Origin: Eledone cirrhosa
Lineage: Eukaryota
Direction: 5' to 3'
Assembly (NCBI GenBank): GCA_964016885.1
Contig: OZ024743.1
Span: 357,740,001-357,804,000, forward strand
DNA length: 64,000 nucleotides
Every line of letters begins with the position of its first letter. Position 1 is the first letter of the stretch. The notes under the pieces are model-generated. The model had not been told where the DNA came from. It saw nothing but the letters and a program-made list of their open reading frames with translations, and made no database searches. This document shows, one piece after another, positions 27,455-42,035 of this stretch. The position numbers and the translations under genes are program-made.

Positions 27455-27809
27455 TTGCGAGGTTTTTTATATGAAATGGTGTGTCGAAACAAATATTGTT
27501 ATACTTGGGGAGGGTCATATTTGTGTAATATTTCCAGAATTAATAACAGAATACACTCACTGTTTGGTTGGTTTTCGCTTCTGTGTCTTTTATATCGGTA
27601 ATCTAATTTATTCGGTCCTCAATTTTGCCATTATCTGACCGACGGTCAGAAATAATACAGATACAATATAGACACACACACATATGTATAGTTTATCAAA
27701 GTTCTTTCGTTGCACATCTGCAACAACGTCAGTGGTGTTATTGTTTCCTCCCGTTACATTGTATGTCTACGCCATTTTTATTTAGTCTGGAACTTATTAT
27801 ACAGTTTTA

Positions 27810-28750
<941 letters not shown>

Positions 28751-28769
28751 TATAGAATGATATAGACTT

Positions 28770-28985
28770 CTTTTGGAGCAAATGCATTCGATGTTCAAAG
28801 AGTGGGATTGGCCCCGTGCAAAGCCTTTCCTCACTTAAAAAAGCTTCAAGCTCAGGCATCGCTTGATATTCGACATTCTTTGCGATGCATGGTATTGTGC
28901 CAACAGTAGAAATAATTATTTATAACTATCGCCTATCATTATTACATAGCAGGACTAAAAAGCCGCGTCCGTGATGCTCATGCTT
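28770..28985 (+). mobile_element. Degenerate relative of family A/B RTE-derived elements
   Basis: GAGTGGGATTGG..GTGCA..GCCTTT.CTCACT.AAAAAGCTTCA.G.CAGGCAT.GCTT matches the family A/B interior; GCAGGACTAAAAAG matches the finger remnant. Confidence 0.5.
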
Positions 28986-29918
28986 AAACCAATTAGAAAC
29001 CCCTTAATGACATTGCTCGGGGATCGGCTCTTTGTAACTCGATGATCAATACCAAGACACATACTTTACTTTCTATATTCAACCACCAAGCTTTGTATTC
29101 AACTACCAAGCTATCTAACGAGGAGCTTTAATTAAAAGCATTTTAAACTGTGAAAGAAAACCTTCCAGAGCCACCCACTTTCAAATGACAGCAAATACAT
29201 ATATACTCGATGAAATCCTGTGAACAATCTATCAATTGGTGAATACGACTTAATCATTTTTTTTTCAGATCCAAATGTGTAACGACATTATTGTTTCACA
29301 ATTTCTTATGATCTGAGATCCGAACATTTTATGAGAAGGCGTGTCTTTTATTATAGGTTTTCTCTATTAGGCCTGACCTGGGACGAAACCTCAACAGTAG
29401 CAACAAACAAAGGAGCTTTTACGTGTTCGTTCGACTAGATTTGATAAAAATAATAACTTAGTCTCCGCCTACAAAACATCTCTTACAGATTTATAAAACG
29501 GTAGATAATTTAGTCCGAGATACATCAGGTCTGGTCGGAGCTTAGCTGGGGCATAAAAGCAGCAATATGAATAAAAGGAATTAAATAAGATAGAGTAGTG
29601 ACAAAACGAAACGAAAGAGTAATAATCATAACAACAACAATAATAACAATAATAATCATAACAATAATCATAACAACAACAACAATAATAACAATAATAA
29701 TAAGAGCCGAAATTATAGGAACGAAATAAATTACAAAATAGAAATTTAGCTAGTAAATTATTCGTAAACTTTTAATTAGCAAAACTGAAGTCAGGTATGG
29801 TCAAAATATTACATCAATTTTCTTTAATAATGTAATTATTAATTTACTAGTTGAAATTGCGTGTTAAATTGTGTGATGAATGTGGTGTGCGTGTGTATTT
29901 GTCTGTCTGTGTGTGTCT

Positions 29919-30014
<96 letters not shown>

Positions 30015-30725
30015 GTGGCATGATTTTCAAGATAAAGCGACAATAATATTACAGTAATGACAGCTGCAATAACTAGGACGGCAACAATAGCAATAACAAT
30101 ATTTAGAATACAAACAAAAATTAACAACGTAGTTGTGCCGCTACGATGTTCATCTTGTTCGCCATGTAGTTATGGGATCGATTCCACTTAGCAGCACTTT
30201 GAGCAAGTCAGACCATTGTTCAGGGTTGTATTCGGTACTTAAGAAAATATAGTGTAGACAGACCTAACAACTCTCCCCGTCCGATGGGGGAGATCTCCTA
30301 CCCACTTTGGGGGTAGATGAGAGATGTTTTTTCTTGTGAAAATGGGTATAGCTTTCATTATGTAAAATCTCCCTATTTTGCCTCATCTCTCCTCGTTTTG
30401 GGGCACTTTTTTTCATGGTACTCCCTGTTTGGGTTTTTAGAGATTGGCAGGTCTGTTGTAGATATTGTAATAAGTCACGGCTCGTTTTGGGACTCTTTAT
30501 TTAATGGTACTCTCCGTTAGAGTTTTTAGAGATTGGCAGGTCTGTTGTAGATATTGTAATAAGTTACGGCCCAACAAAACGGTAAGAGCTCAACCGTCAG
30601 GCAGTAACTCATTACAATATATATACATATGTATATAAAAATATGAGTGTCCCAAACACTGAAAATCACTGTAATACCAGTCGGTTACTATATACAATGG
30701 TTGAGAAAATCGGATAAAAAGTGTA

Positions 30726-30833
<108 letters not shown>

Positions 30834-31089
30834 ATATATATAACGAAGGTGTGGTAAGGAACCACATGGATCATAACGCACCAGAGTACTCAATACTTAG
30901 GGTAGTAGAATGGGTAATAGGAAAATGTTTGACCCCGACGGCAGAGCTCAAGCCATTTCGACGGCTATTTCTGGACTAAATTAGAATTTTTAGCCTGGTA
31001 AATAGCCGAACTTTTCCTTATATGTCAAGAGGATTGGTCAAAATTTCTTGTAAGCATAATTAAGTCTATCATGGCAGTGGGTGGTTAAA

Positions 31090-31750
31090 ACATCTCCCTC
31101 CGCATATCTGGTTTGTCCGCTAATGAGCAGATATTCGATGAACATGCGCCTCATTACAACCAAGCCCTCAAGCGAAGCGGCTTCCGGGAGGAAATCTCCT
31201 TTTATCCAGCTTCCCTTAGCGGAACCAGCAGGCGGCGTCGCCGCTCACGCCACATAATGTGGTTCAACTCTCCCCACAATGCCGAGGTGGCAACACCTAT
31301 CGGAAAAATCTTCTTTAGGTTCCTCGAAAAACACTTCCCACCACAACACCGCTACCACAACATAATCAACAAAAACACTATCAAACTCTCCTACAGCACC
31401 ACACCCAACTTCGCACAAAACATCGTCTCCTCAAACAACAAGAAACTCAACCCCTATGGAAGAAACAACCTAAACATTAGTGGAGAACCGACCAGGAGGT
31501 GTAACTGCCCTGATAGATCTACGTGCCCCCTCAACAACAGATGCCGAGAGTATAACGTGATTTACCAATGCAAGGTGAGGACGGACACCTCCAAAAAGCC
31601 TATATAGGATTAACCGCTTGTGACTTTAAGACCCGGCTCTACCAATACCGACATACGTTCCGAAACCCAGCCCGGCGACATGCCATTACACTTTCGGGCC
31701 ACATCTGGGACCTCCAAGATAATAACATAACAAAAAAGACGAACTTGTAA
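31090..31750 (+). pseudogene. PLE RT thumb/linker and GIY-YIG endonuclease remnant
   Basis: YNQALKRSG, WFNSP, KHFP, TIKLSYS, CNC...CPL...C, VIYQC../YIGLT..FKTR..H.F, LSGHIW; frameshifted. Confidence 0.85.
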
Positions 31751-32604
31751 CTGCATGCAAACACCGATTGCGTAGGACTTACCTCATCCTCAAACACCCT
31801 AATGACCCGAGTGGGTAGACAATGGCTGCAACATCCTCCTTTTCCCCACTTGCCGAACAAGATAGGGGAAACCCAGGCTAACATAGGTAGATGTACCTCT
31901 TTTCTTTTCCTTTTTATTTCTTCTTCCCTTTATCTCTTCCTATCACTTCCTTTCACTCCCTATCCTCTTCCTTTTCCCTTTTCCCCTTTCGCCTACCCCG
32001 AGGCAGCCCATTGGGCTTTTGTAGCCTCAGTACCCCCACCCCAGTAAATTATAGATAGCGTTGGCCGAAAACGCAATACCAACTAATGATAGCAGCTGTT
32101 TTAGACACTAGAGATTGTATATTACTTTTTACTACCGAATTCTATAATTTTATAAATTTTTTATTTATTTAGTAACTTCTATTCTCAACTTATTAACCTA
32201 TTCTATAGCATTAGCCGAAAACGCAATACCAACTAAATATAGCAGCTGTCTTAGATTCTAGAGATTTTTTATCACTTCTTACTATCCAATTTTATATTTT
32301 TATATATTTTTTAATTTATTTATTATCTTCTAATATCAATTGATTTACCTATAACGTCCCTTCTCTATTTTCTCCAGAATCCTTTTTCGCCTGCTTCCTC
32401 TAACCTATTCTCATACACAATCCTTAGAATTTGCTGTATAGAATTCACTTTCAACGCTTGACCGGCCCCACCCACTCCCTCATTGTTCTACAGGCAAGTT
32501 CAGCCACCCCTACCTCCCACCCACTGCCATGAAAGATTTAATTATGTTTACAAGAAATTGTGACCAATCCTCTTGACAACTACAATCTTCCCATATAAGC
32601 AATT

Positions 32605-32700
32605 ACCCCTTGAAAAGTTCGGCTATTTATTTACCACGCTAAAAATTCTAATTTAATCCAGAAATAGCCGTCGAAACGGCTTGAGCTCTGCCGTCGGGGT
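32605..32700 (+). ncRNA. Variant (U3-A8) type I hammerhead with extended stem II in the PLE pLTR
   Basis: ACCCC-TTGAAAA-G..CGGCTATTT/AAATAGCCG.C-GAAA-CGGC ttgagctct GCCG-TC-GGGGT. Confidence 0.7.
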
Positions 32701-32710
32701 CAAACATTTT

Positions 32711-32747
<37 letters not shown>

Positions 32748-32749
<2 letters not shown>

Positions 32750-33263
32750 CAAAGGAATTGTGGTAAAGAACCAGATGGACCATAACGCACCAGAGTACTC
32801 AATACTCTGGTGCGTTATGTACGTTAATACTCATCTTTTTCCATTTCTCCGAGGGTTCTTAACCCCACTATCAGGCTAAATAATTTCTTTAATTTCTTTA
32901 GTCAAAATACGGCGATAGTTTACATTTCTAATAATTTCAAACCCACTCGCTGTTTCGAAAATATTCTTACATATATATATAGGAAAATGTATGACCCCGA
33001 CGGCAGAGCTCAAGCCGTTTCGATGGCTATCTCTGGAAACGGCTATTTCTCGAAACGGATTGAGCTCTGCCGTCGGGGTCATACTTTTTCCTATTTCCCA
33101 CTCTACTACCCTAAGTATTGAGTACTCTGGTGCGTTATGGTCCATCTGGTTCTCTACCACAATTCCTTTAGTAGAGTGGGTAATATGAGAAAGTATGACC
33201 CCGACGGCAGAGCTCAAGCCGTTTCGACGAAACGGCTTGAGCTCTGCTGTCGGGGTCATACTT

Positions 33264-33270
<7 letters not shown>
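32748..33270. repeat. Cluster of foldback pLTR fragments of the same PLE
   Basis: Hairpin 32783..32819, inverted pair 32981..33093, and near-perfect palindrome 33183..33271. Confidence 0.85.
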
Positions 33271-33300
<30 letters not shown>

Positions 33301-33303
<3 letters not shown>

Positions 33304-33560
33304 CAAGAGGCCACCAAGAAAAATTTTGCAAGGCGGTACAAGACTCCTTTGGATCCCCCGAACCAGGCAAAGATTTTTCTCAAAATGAATGTTGCATGGT
33401 TGCAGTGGGGCCTTCTTAGCTCTTGTTTGCATTGTTTGCAGCCGTTTCGTACTCAAACCGGAAGATCATTGCTGCAGCCAGGAAACAGAAGATAAGACAT
33501 AGAGTACAGAGCAGATTTCTTTGAACATAAAGGAAATGATTCTGTAGGAGTCATGTCACT
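33301..33560 (+). mobile_element. Possible mariner 5' remnant
   Basis: TA-CAAGAGG..AAAAATTTT TIR-like start and an IEYRA-like N-terminal remnant. Confidence 0.3.
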
Positions 33561-33637
33561 TCATTTGATAAATATCCGCGCGCACGCACACACATACACA
33601 CACACATATATACACACACACATACACACACACATAT

Positions 33638-33670
<33 letters not shown>

Positions 33671-33959
33671 AACGATAACCATATGTACACAGAAACGTGC
33701 GCACGCATTGGTGTCTGCTCACGTAGAATGTAAGGGCACAGACACACACATATATGTGTGAAGGCCCACACACATACAACTGTATGTATAATCACACACA
33801 CACACCTGTGTGTGTGTGTGTGTGTGATTATACATGTGTACTCATACACACTTATATTCATATATACATACACAAATATATATATATATATGAATATATA
33901 TATATGCATACATATATATATTTAAGCTTGTTGAATCCCAACAAATTAAATATTACCTC

Positions 33960-34029
<70 letters not shown>

Positions 34030-34256
34030 TAACACTTACATAGATAGATAGATAGGTAAGATATATATATATATATATATATATACTAGCTGAGGTACCC
34101 AGTTTCGCCAGGGTTAACAAATGATGAGAGAAGACCGGCAGAAGAGAAAACGTCTGTATTGAATGCATTGTCTTGTTTACAGTGTGTGTGTGTGTATTGT
34201 GTGTGTGTATGTTTGTGTGTGTTTGTGTATATATATATATATATGTGTGTGTGTGC

Positions 34257-35008
34257 AGATCTGCAGGCCCTAACAACATCTCTATGAGAAAGTGCGGCAA
34301 AGATCGGCCTGAGAATCAACACCAAAAAGACCAAGGTCACGAGGACGGCCAGCAACACAGGTCCAGTGATCAGAGTCAACCAACAGGACATCGAGGAAGT
34401 TAATCACTTCACCTATCTTGGCAGCATCCTGACAAGCAACGGCGACGCGGAGCTCGACATCAACTGTCGGATCGACAAAGCAGCCGCAGTTTTCCAGCGG
34501 CTGTGCCCAGTCTGGTCGTCTTCATACATTAGCACCAAGACCAAGCTCCGCCTGTACAAGAGCATCGTGTTGCCGACAGTGCTTTATGCGAGCGAGACCT
34601 GGAAGAGTACGGCAAAAATAGAGACACGGCTGAACGCTTTCCACCAGCGGTGCCTGCGAAAGATCCTTCGTGTGTCCTGGCGCGACCGAGTGCGAAACGA
34701 GGAGATCCTGCGGAGAGCCGAGTCGTGGACGCTACAGAGAGTGGTCACGGAGCGTCGGTGCCGTCTGGCTGGCCATATTCTGCGTCTGCCAAATGCACGG
34801 CATTCGAAAACATCGATGAACTGGGCTCCGCCTGGCGGTAAACGGAGGCGGGGTTGCCCAAGGATCACCTGGCGACGAACGTTCCGGAAGGACCTGATGG
34901 CAATCAACATCATCTGGCCCGGTCTCCAAAAAGTTGCCGCTGATCGTGACCGTTGGCGAGTATTTACTGCTCGATGCGCCGAACGGCGCGGAAGAATCTA
35001 AGACTAAG
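34257..35008 (+). mobile_element. 5'-truncated RTE-clade LINE (second family, no zinc finger) in (TG)n
   Basis: ORF 34366..35001 has FTYLGS, TKLRLY..VLPTVLYASETW, FHQRCLRKIL..W.D, GHILR, GKRRRG.PR.TW; short CTAAG tail. Confidence 0.88.
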
Positions 35009-35847
35009 TGTTTGAGTGTTCGTATCTTCGTATGTGTGCATATATATATGTGTGTGTGTGTGTATATATATATATATGTGTGTGTGTGTGTCTGTGTGAG
35101 TTTTCTTGTGTGTGACTGTGTGAGTGTTCGTGTGTGTGCCTGTGTGAGTGTTCGTGTGTGTGTGCGTGTGCGTGTGCGTGTGTGTGTAATCCGCCGTTGG
35201 AATAGGAGACATCATCATCACTGACAACGAACTCGAGAGAGAATCCCTTATGGTTGATTCCCAACCTGCTAGAAATAGCAGTCAGGCTGGTTAGCATACG
35301 TGGTATGTCTTTCTTCTTCTTTCGTGTTATAAAATTAGTATCAATAAACTTTCCTGGATATACTCTAATCCCAATCCTGTACATACTTTCCGATAGTCAC
35401 TTCGTTTTTTTCGTGTGATATGCGAAGGAACCAACCAACAAACATCTCTCTTTTATATCTCTTTTATTTGTTCATTCAAAATATTTTTCAGCTAATTCTG
35501 TCGTACAATATACATCAGCAATCGTTATCTAATGTTTAAAATATATGAATAGCAGGTATATGCACCATATCAATAAAAAACGATATGAGAATTGAATACC
35601 ATACTAAAGCGCCAGTAAGCTTGCTAAGAACCTGCAGATAGAAATGTTAATAAATACAACATTTGGCTTGGGTAAACTTTAAGATGTTCTTTCAGTGTAG
35701 GTTTCTTTCCTAAGCCAGTACGTTAAAGAAAATTGATAGTTACAACAATAAAGGTTGAACAGAGAACACATTTTTGAACAAATTTACAATAATTTGTACA
35801 ACCATAATGGAAATTCCAAGTAACAGAAAATACATAAATTACATTGT

Positions 35848-36030
35848 TAAAGCCTCAGAGTATACAATATTTTTTGTTCGGCTCTCGGGAGCAAAGATGA
35901 AGAGATCGTTTGGCGAGCTCACCCTAGAGCATCCTACATAGAATTGACCATGGTTTTCCCAGATGAAGGCCAGCCACATTTAGGGTTTGACCCTGAGCGT
36001 TGTTGATGGTAATCGCGAAGCTTAGTCTGT
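35848..36030 (-). pseudogene. PIF1-family helicase C-terminus of Helitron RepHel
   Basis: RLSFAITINNAQGQTLNVAGLHL../HGQFYVGCSRV..PNDLFIFAPESRTKNIVYSEAL (helicase motifs V and VI). Confidence 0.85.
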
Positions 36031-36596
36031 CTGTTGCTCTAGTAACATTTTTACTTCTGGAAAATCTGAACTTGCGGCCAGGCTGGGACTTTTTGAGTGG
36101 CATATCGGCAGTAACAATGACGATAAACCGTCTGTGCTTTCGTGAAATAAATAGGTTTGTTTATATTTAGTGTTTGTGTATGTAAAAATATCTGTACACG
36201 AATAATAATATATAAATATATATATATATTAAAATAACAGATTAAAGTTTAAGCAAAGAATCACTGCTTTCACCCTTAACGGATCTTCTGAAACTAAAAA
36301 AATCAATCTGTGAACGCAAAAGTAAATATTTCGAAAAACGTTTCAACCGAAAGAAAACAGGAAGATACCTTGGTTCGTGAAGCCGTTAGTGCTGACATTT
36401 GAAAATTTTAAAGAAGTGAATATTTAAATAATATCTTTAATCTTTTAACAAAATTCAGTAGACAAAAATACCCTCACTTTCTTACTTGGAAAAAGTTACA
36501 TCTATGGTGCAAATTTGGTACCGTTTGTTCCAGCCGCTTGGCGGAAAGTTCGTTACTTATATACGGTCGTCAGCTTTATAGTATAGATATAAATAT

Positions 36597-36637
<41 letters not shown>

Positions 36638-36638
36638 T

Positions 36639-36673
<35 letters not shown>

Positions 36674-36693
36674 TGAGAGAGAGAGAGAGAGAG

Positions 36694-39600
36694 AAATTTC
36701 TTTATTAGTCACGATGGCACAAAAGAAGAGGACAAATACAAATGGGGAGTTTACATACATGTATATGAAAATAAAACTATCAATAAAACAACAAATAACA
36801 ATTGAAATCCCCAATAGGGGGGAGGCGTTACACAGGGGTTGTACACACATACCCCCGAAAAAAAATGCACAACCCTCATCTCCAGGAGCACCAAGAGTGA
36901 CTACTCCCTTCCCCTCTTCCTCTTTTTCTTCAACCTACAGGCTTATATACAGAGAAGGCCCAACCGCTCGAGCCATCTTTGCCACATTCACCCACCTTTC
37001 ATAAAATTTGCTGGGGTACAGCACCTCTCTCTCCATCCTGATTCTTCTTCCAAAATGATATTTGAAAAAACGAATCAGTTGTTCGCCGGAGAGAAAGGTG
37101 TCTGACCTCAGCCCTTTTAACCTCGTCCATCATATAACCTCTTTCACCATAGCCATAACACAGGAAAACCGCCTCTCCTTCGTTTTTGAAGGAGGGTGGC
37201 GGAATGATCATGACAATGGACTCGGTGCTAAACTGGATTGGTCCCACCCGCGACAATAATCGTTCTACATAGCTCCACAGGTCGGTAACGCCCGGACAGT
37301 GTACAAATGCGTGCGCGATTGTTTCCTCGTCGCGCACGCATCTTGGACAAATCTTTTTCGAAGGGTCCCTGCCCGTGTCTGTAGAGCTTGTCTCGAACTG
37401 GTAGAGCTCCTCGGTAGCACTGCCAAGCCAGGGACATTTGGAAGTTGTCTATCGGTCCCGGGCTGAAGGTCCTACCGACCAGACTGGCCAGTTCGTCTTC
37501 CTCTACGCCTAGAGTTTCACCGAGCGCGTCGTCGCACTTGCTGTGGATCAACCCTCTATAAAATGACGAAGTGGAGTCTCCACTGATCGCCGGGTCCGCC
37601 TGCCAGAGGGCTGTGAGCGCCTGAGCACATTCGATGTGCCAGTCGCCCATTTTCCTCGGTCTTTGCTTGACCCAGGACTGCAGCTCGGTCAGCGAGACGA
37701 GTCGTGGTGAGGAATACGTAGAGATACCGCAGCCTGAGCGCGTGTTTGCGCATCGTCAGCAAAGGCATCCCCAGCCCTCCGTTGGAACGGTGTTGGCAGC
37801 AGATGGATCTTCTCACCAAAGGAGCCCGCCTCTTCCAAAGGAATTGGAAGAGCGCGTGCTCCATTTTGGTGAGCGTTTTGGCTGGACAAGGCACGACGGT
37901 CAATCGGTAGTAGATGTCGGACGTTATAAAAGTGTTCGCCACCTCCGCTCGACCTTTCAAGGATAGTTGGCACTCGGCCCACTTCTGGGTGAGTGCAAAC
38001 ACCTTGGCCGTCACCTCGTTCCAGTTCTTCTCCACTTGGATGTCCGGACCAAACCAGACCCCGAGCAGCTTTACCGGTCCTTCCGTCCACCGTCCGACGA
38101 CGCCATCGGAAGGCATCGGTTTGCCTCTCCACGATCCGAGTTGCAAACCGATGGACTTGTCCCGGTTCAGCTTCGCTCCTGTGAAACTTTCGTATTCCTT
38201 CAGTAAGGTGCCGACTTCCTCGATTTGCGAGGCGCTCGACACCATTACTGTCATGTCGTCGGCGTAGGCCGACGCTGCTTTCCGCAGTCCCGGTTCCAGA
38301 GGGATGCCCTGCAATAGCTCCAACTTCCGCAGTAGTGGCTTGAGAGTCAGTACGTACAGAAGGGAGGAGAGAGGGCATCCCTGTCGAATGGATCGCGTGA
38401 TATGGAACGGCTCCGAGAGGTAGCCGTTCACCTTGACCTTTGAGCAGATGTTGCTGTTGTGCATTGCAGCAATCCAGCCCCTGAAAACGAGTCCGAAGCC
38501 TGCCGCCTAGAGCACCGCATCCAGGTAACGATGGTCAACCCTATCGAAAGCCTTAGACTGATCCAAGTTGATCAGGGCCCCACCGAAGCCGGGTTTACAC
38601 CCTACCCTCTCTATGATGTATCGCATGAGGTGGAGGTTGTCGTGTATGGACCTGGTCGGGATTGCACATGTCTGCGCTTCTCCCACCGGGTTCTCGACGA
38701 CAAGCGCCAGCCTCTTTGCCAACACCTTGGCCAAAATCTGTAACTCTGTGTTTAGCAGAGTTATGGACCGGAAGTTGCATATGTCATCCCCCTTATACTC
38801 GTCCTTCCTGACTAGTGTGACTACGCCCCTAGTCACAGAACGGGGAATTCTCCCGTTCTGCTGCCAGTTGCAGTAGACCGCTTCCAGGAGACCGGAGAAT
38901 AAGTCCGGCATTGCTACGTAAAATTCGTAGGGTAGACCGTCGAGACCTGGAGATTTTCGTTTGCCGTATTGGCTCAGCGCGTCCCCTATCTCAGCGGCTG
39001 AAATCGGTTTTTCGCAGAACTTCGCCTCGCTGTCTAAGAGTCGCGGTAGGCCGTCGAGGTATGGAGCGAAATCCATAGCCCCTCCCGCGCGCCGCCCTGC
39101 CCAAACAGTTGAGCAAAGTGTCGCTGAAAGGCCGCACACATCTGCTTCGGCTCACGTATCACGCGTCGGTCTTGGTCTTTCAAAGACCGAATCGTGGACT
39201 TGTTGCCACTTTTTGCCTCCGTCACTCGGGCCCAGCTAACAGCTTTGGCTCCCTCGTTTCCCAGAGCACGTATTTTGCTTCTGACAACGCAGCCCTCGTT
39301 CTTTGCCTCGAAGAACTGGTCCAAGGCCGTTCTCGTTGCTAGCCCGCTGGCTACGTTGCCACTTCTAATTGCCTCTTCTACTTTATCTACCAGTTCCTTA
39401 TCGGTCCTATTTCTATCTAACGCTAATTCTTTACTAAAAACTAACGAGTCTAATCTAACTGCTCTCTTGAGAGAGTACCACCATTTGTTGTTGACAATGG
39501 CCCCTGTCAAGTTCTGTTAAACTAAAGTGCTAATCCGTCTACTGTAGGCTTTGCATGTCGGTAACAAGTTCAGCTTCCAGTAGCCGGGTCCTTGTCTATG

Positions 39601-41969
39601 GGTTCTATCAAGGTTGACCCTGCAAGTAACTAGTTTGTGATCTGAATAGGCAACCATGAACATTTGTGGACAGCTCAATATGTCCCTATCCTTATTTCTA
39701 ACTAGAACCCTATCTAGGTACGATCTAGATGTTCCGCTGCGATTAGTCCACGTCCACAGTGACACAGCCGGAAAATCTAGTCGATATCTATCGGCCAGGT
39801 CAAATCGCCCGATTAACTGTTTTAGGCTGTTACACTCCCCCCCCCCCCCCCCTTTATCGGGAGATGCTCTCACATAGTCCCAACGTGCATCTAGGATTCC
39901 ATTCCAGTCCCCCACTAAAAGCAAGGAGCGGGACGTTCCCAGAAAGGTCTCTAGACGTTTGAAGAAGTCTAGCCGCGGTGTCCCGGATTGGGCATATGCG
40001 GCCACCAGCCTGAAGGCTCCACCTTCACTACCGTCAACGTCTAGGACCACCAGTCGATCCTCCGGGTTCAGATGTACCGTCTGTGTTACGAGGCCCTGGT
40101 GTTTCCGCAGCAAAACGGCAACCCCGCCTCCACCCCCGACTGACAGAGAGATTCGTAGATCCTGGACTCGCTGTGGATCCTGGACTCGCAAATGGCTACT
40201 ACATTCATACTGTGCGACCTGAGGTCGTTTAAGATTTTGCCCTGTTTCCAGGGCATCCCCAGGCGGCGTACATTCACACATCCAACTCTTGTATTGGCCA
40301 TGTTCGTTCTGAAAAGTTAAAAGCAGAGGAGAAGAAAACACTCACCTTTTCGTCTCCCGGGGATCAGGCCGCACGATTTCCATGGGGGTGTTAGAGTGTT
40401 TGTCTGGGTGGGTGGTGGTTTCAGGCGGGATGGGGACGGAGATGTTTGGTGGGGTGGGGGTGTCTGGGGTGAGGGTGGGGAAACTTTTTAAAAGGACGCG
40501 GTTAATGGGTTTTACACAAGGATTACCTACGTCCTTAGGAAAGTTTTCCTTTAAAGACTTATAGGTGTCTGTAGGGACCCTAATCATCTTTAAATTAGGT
40601 TTGTTTACACAGTTCGAAAAAGTTTTCCCTTCGGTTTTCACCGAAGGGTCGTTGGAGATGACCTCCATTAAAGTTTTGTTTTTACTGTTTATGTATGTGT
40701 AATGTTCTTGTTGTGTTACGGTGGTTTTTGTCTGTTGTTCTTGTGGGAGCTTTCGTGTTGTTGTAGGTGTTTGTGTTTGGAATAATATCGTGGTTTTGTT
40801 TTCGGGACGGAGGGTTTTTGTTTGTAATGTTTGTGTTGTTTGTGTTGGTGGTTGTATGTTTGTAGTGATGTTTGTTGTTTTTTTGTTCTTGTTGTGTCTT
40901 TTCTTCTTTCTTTTCGAACAGAGAGGCTCTCCCTCGTCGTAACTTGGTGATGATGTGGGGGCCTCGTCCGTTGTGGTGTCTGTGTTATTTGGAAGGGGTA
41001 TGTTTTGGGGAGCTGTTGCGTTTGTGGGCGTTTTTGCAGTGGTTTTAGGTGGAGTGGTTTGGGTAGGACTGTGCGTACAGGATGGTTTGTTGTTCTTGTT
41101 TTGGTTATGTTTGCGTGTTGTTGTTGTTGTGGTGGTGGTGATTGTGTTGTTGTTTTGGGTGTTGGCAGTAGTGCCTCTTTTTCTTTGTAGTTAACTGAGG
41201 ACAGTAAGCCTTCAGGTGACCACTGCTTAAACAGTGGTATCATGAAGGCCTCCTACCCTCAACAGAAATGTTTATGTGTGAAATTCCTATCAGAGGCACA
41301 CGTTGGGGTATTTTAGCTATCCGTTCTGGCCTCATTTGGACCAGAACTTCCATGCTTGTACCATTGAATGTGCCTCTGGAGGACTTTCCCACCGAAATGA
41401 TGGTGGCTTCGTCGAAATCGATGAAGCCAGTTAGAATCCACCAGACGTTTACATTTGGTGCAATGTTCTAAATTTTTATTTTTTGAGTTCTTTTTCCCAT
41501 ATATGTGGGGGAAAAGGTGTAAAGGTGGGGGGGGACACAATCGGCGATACAGAATATTTTTGTGCTGTCAATTGGTCTTTCAACAACAACGAAATGCTTC
41601 CAAAAAGTTTCCCTTTTTGGATGAAGGCAATATCCTTCATGGAATTCTTCAGAACCAGTTCAATGTCGTTTTGGGACAATTGAACTGGTTTTTTCGACAC
41701 ATTTGAAACCGTCCTAAAATTACTGTTTCTCTGCATAACTGTTGAGGAGAAGTGATGCTGAAAGCACCACTCTCACCAAAAGTTACATACTGTTTTGCAT
41801 TGCTTAACATTTCCTTAGCATTGGATATGTCAAGGTATGTGAACAGTTCCGTCTTTTGGACGGTTTGAGCAAAGGAAATCTTTTCCTTGTTCGTGGAGTT
41901 GTTCGTGTTGCTGTTGTTGTTGGTGGTGGTGTTGTTGTTGTTGGTGTTGTTGTTGTTCTTGTTGTCATT

Positions 41970-42035
<66 letters not shown>

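Larger units (their letters stand above)
30842..32714 (+). mobile_element. 5'-truncated Penelope-like element (Neptune-type) with inverted 5' pLTR
   Basis: 30842..31060 is largely the reverse complement of the 3' pLTR (32540..32714 and 33050..33170). Coding remnant in between; (TA)n on both sides. Confidence 0.85.
34086..36587 (-). mobile_element. Non-autonomous Helitron with RepHel (PIF1) C-terminal remnant and nested RTE fragment
   Basis: Minus strand has a 5' A|TCTATACTATAAAG end at 36587 and a 3' hairpin CCCTGG-CGAAA-CTGGG plus CTAG|T at 34086. The helicase remnant lies inside in the same orientation. Confidence 0.7.

Noticed and set aside
30227-30614. Solo LTR-like segment with an internal ~47-bp duplication
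   Set aside because: TGTA/TACA ends but no TSD or other LTR evidence; left unclassified.
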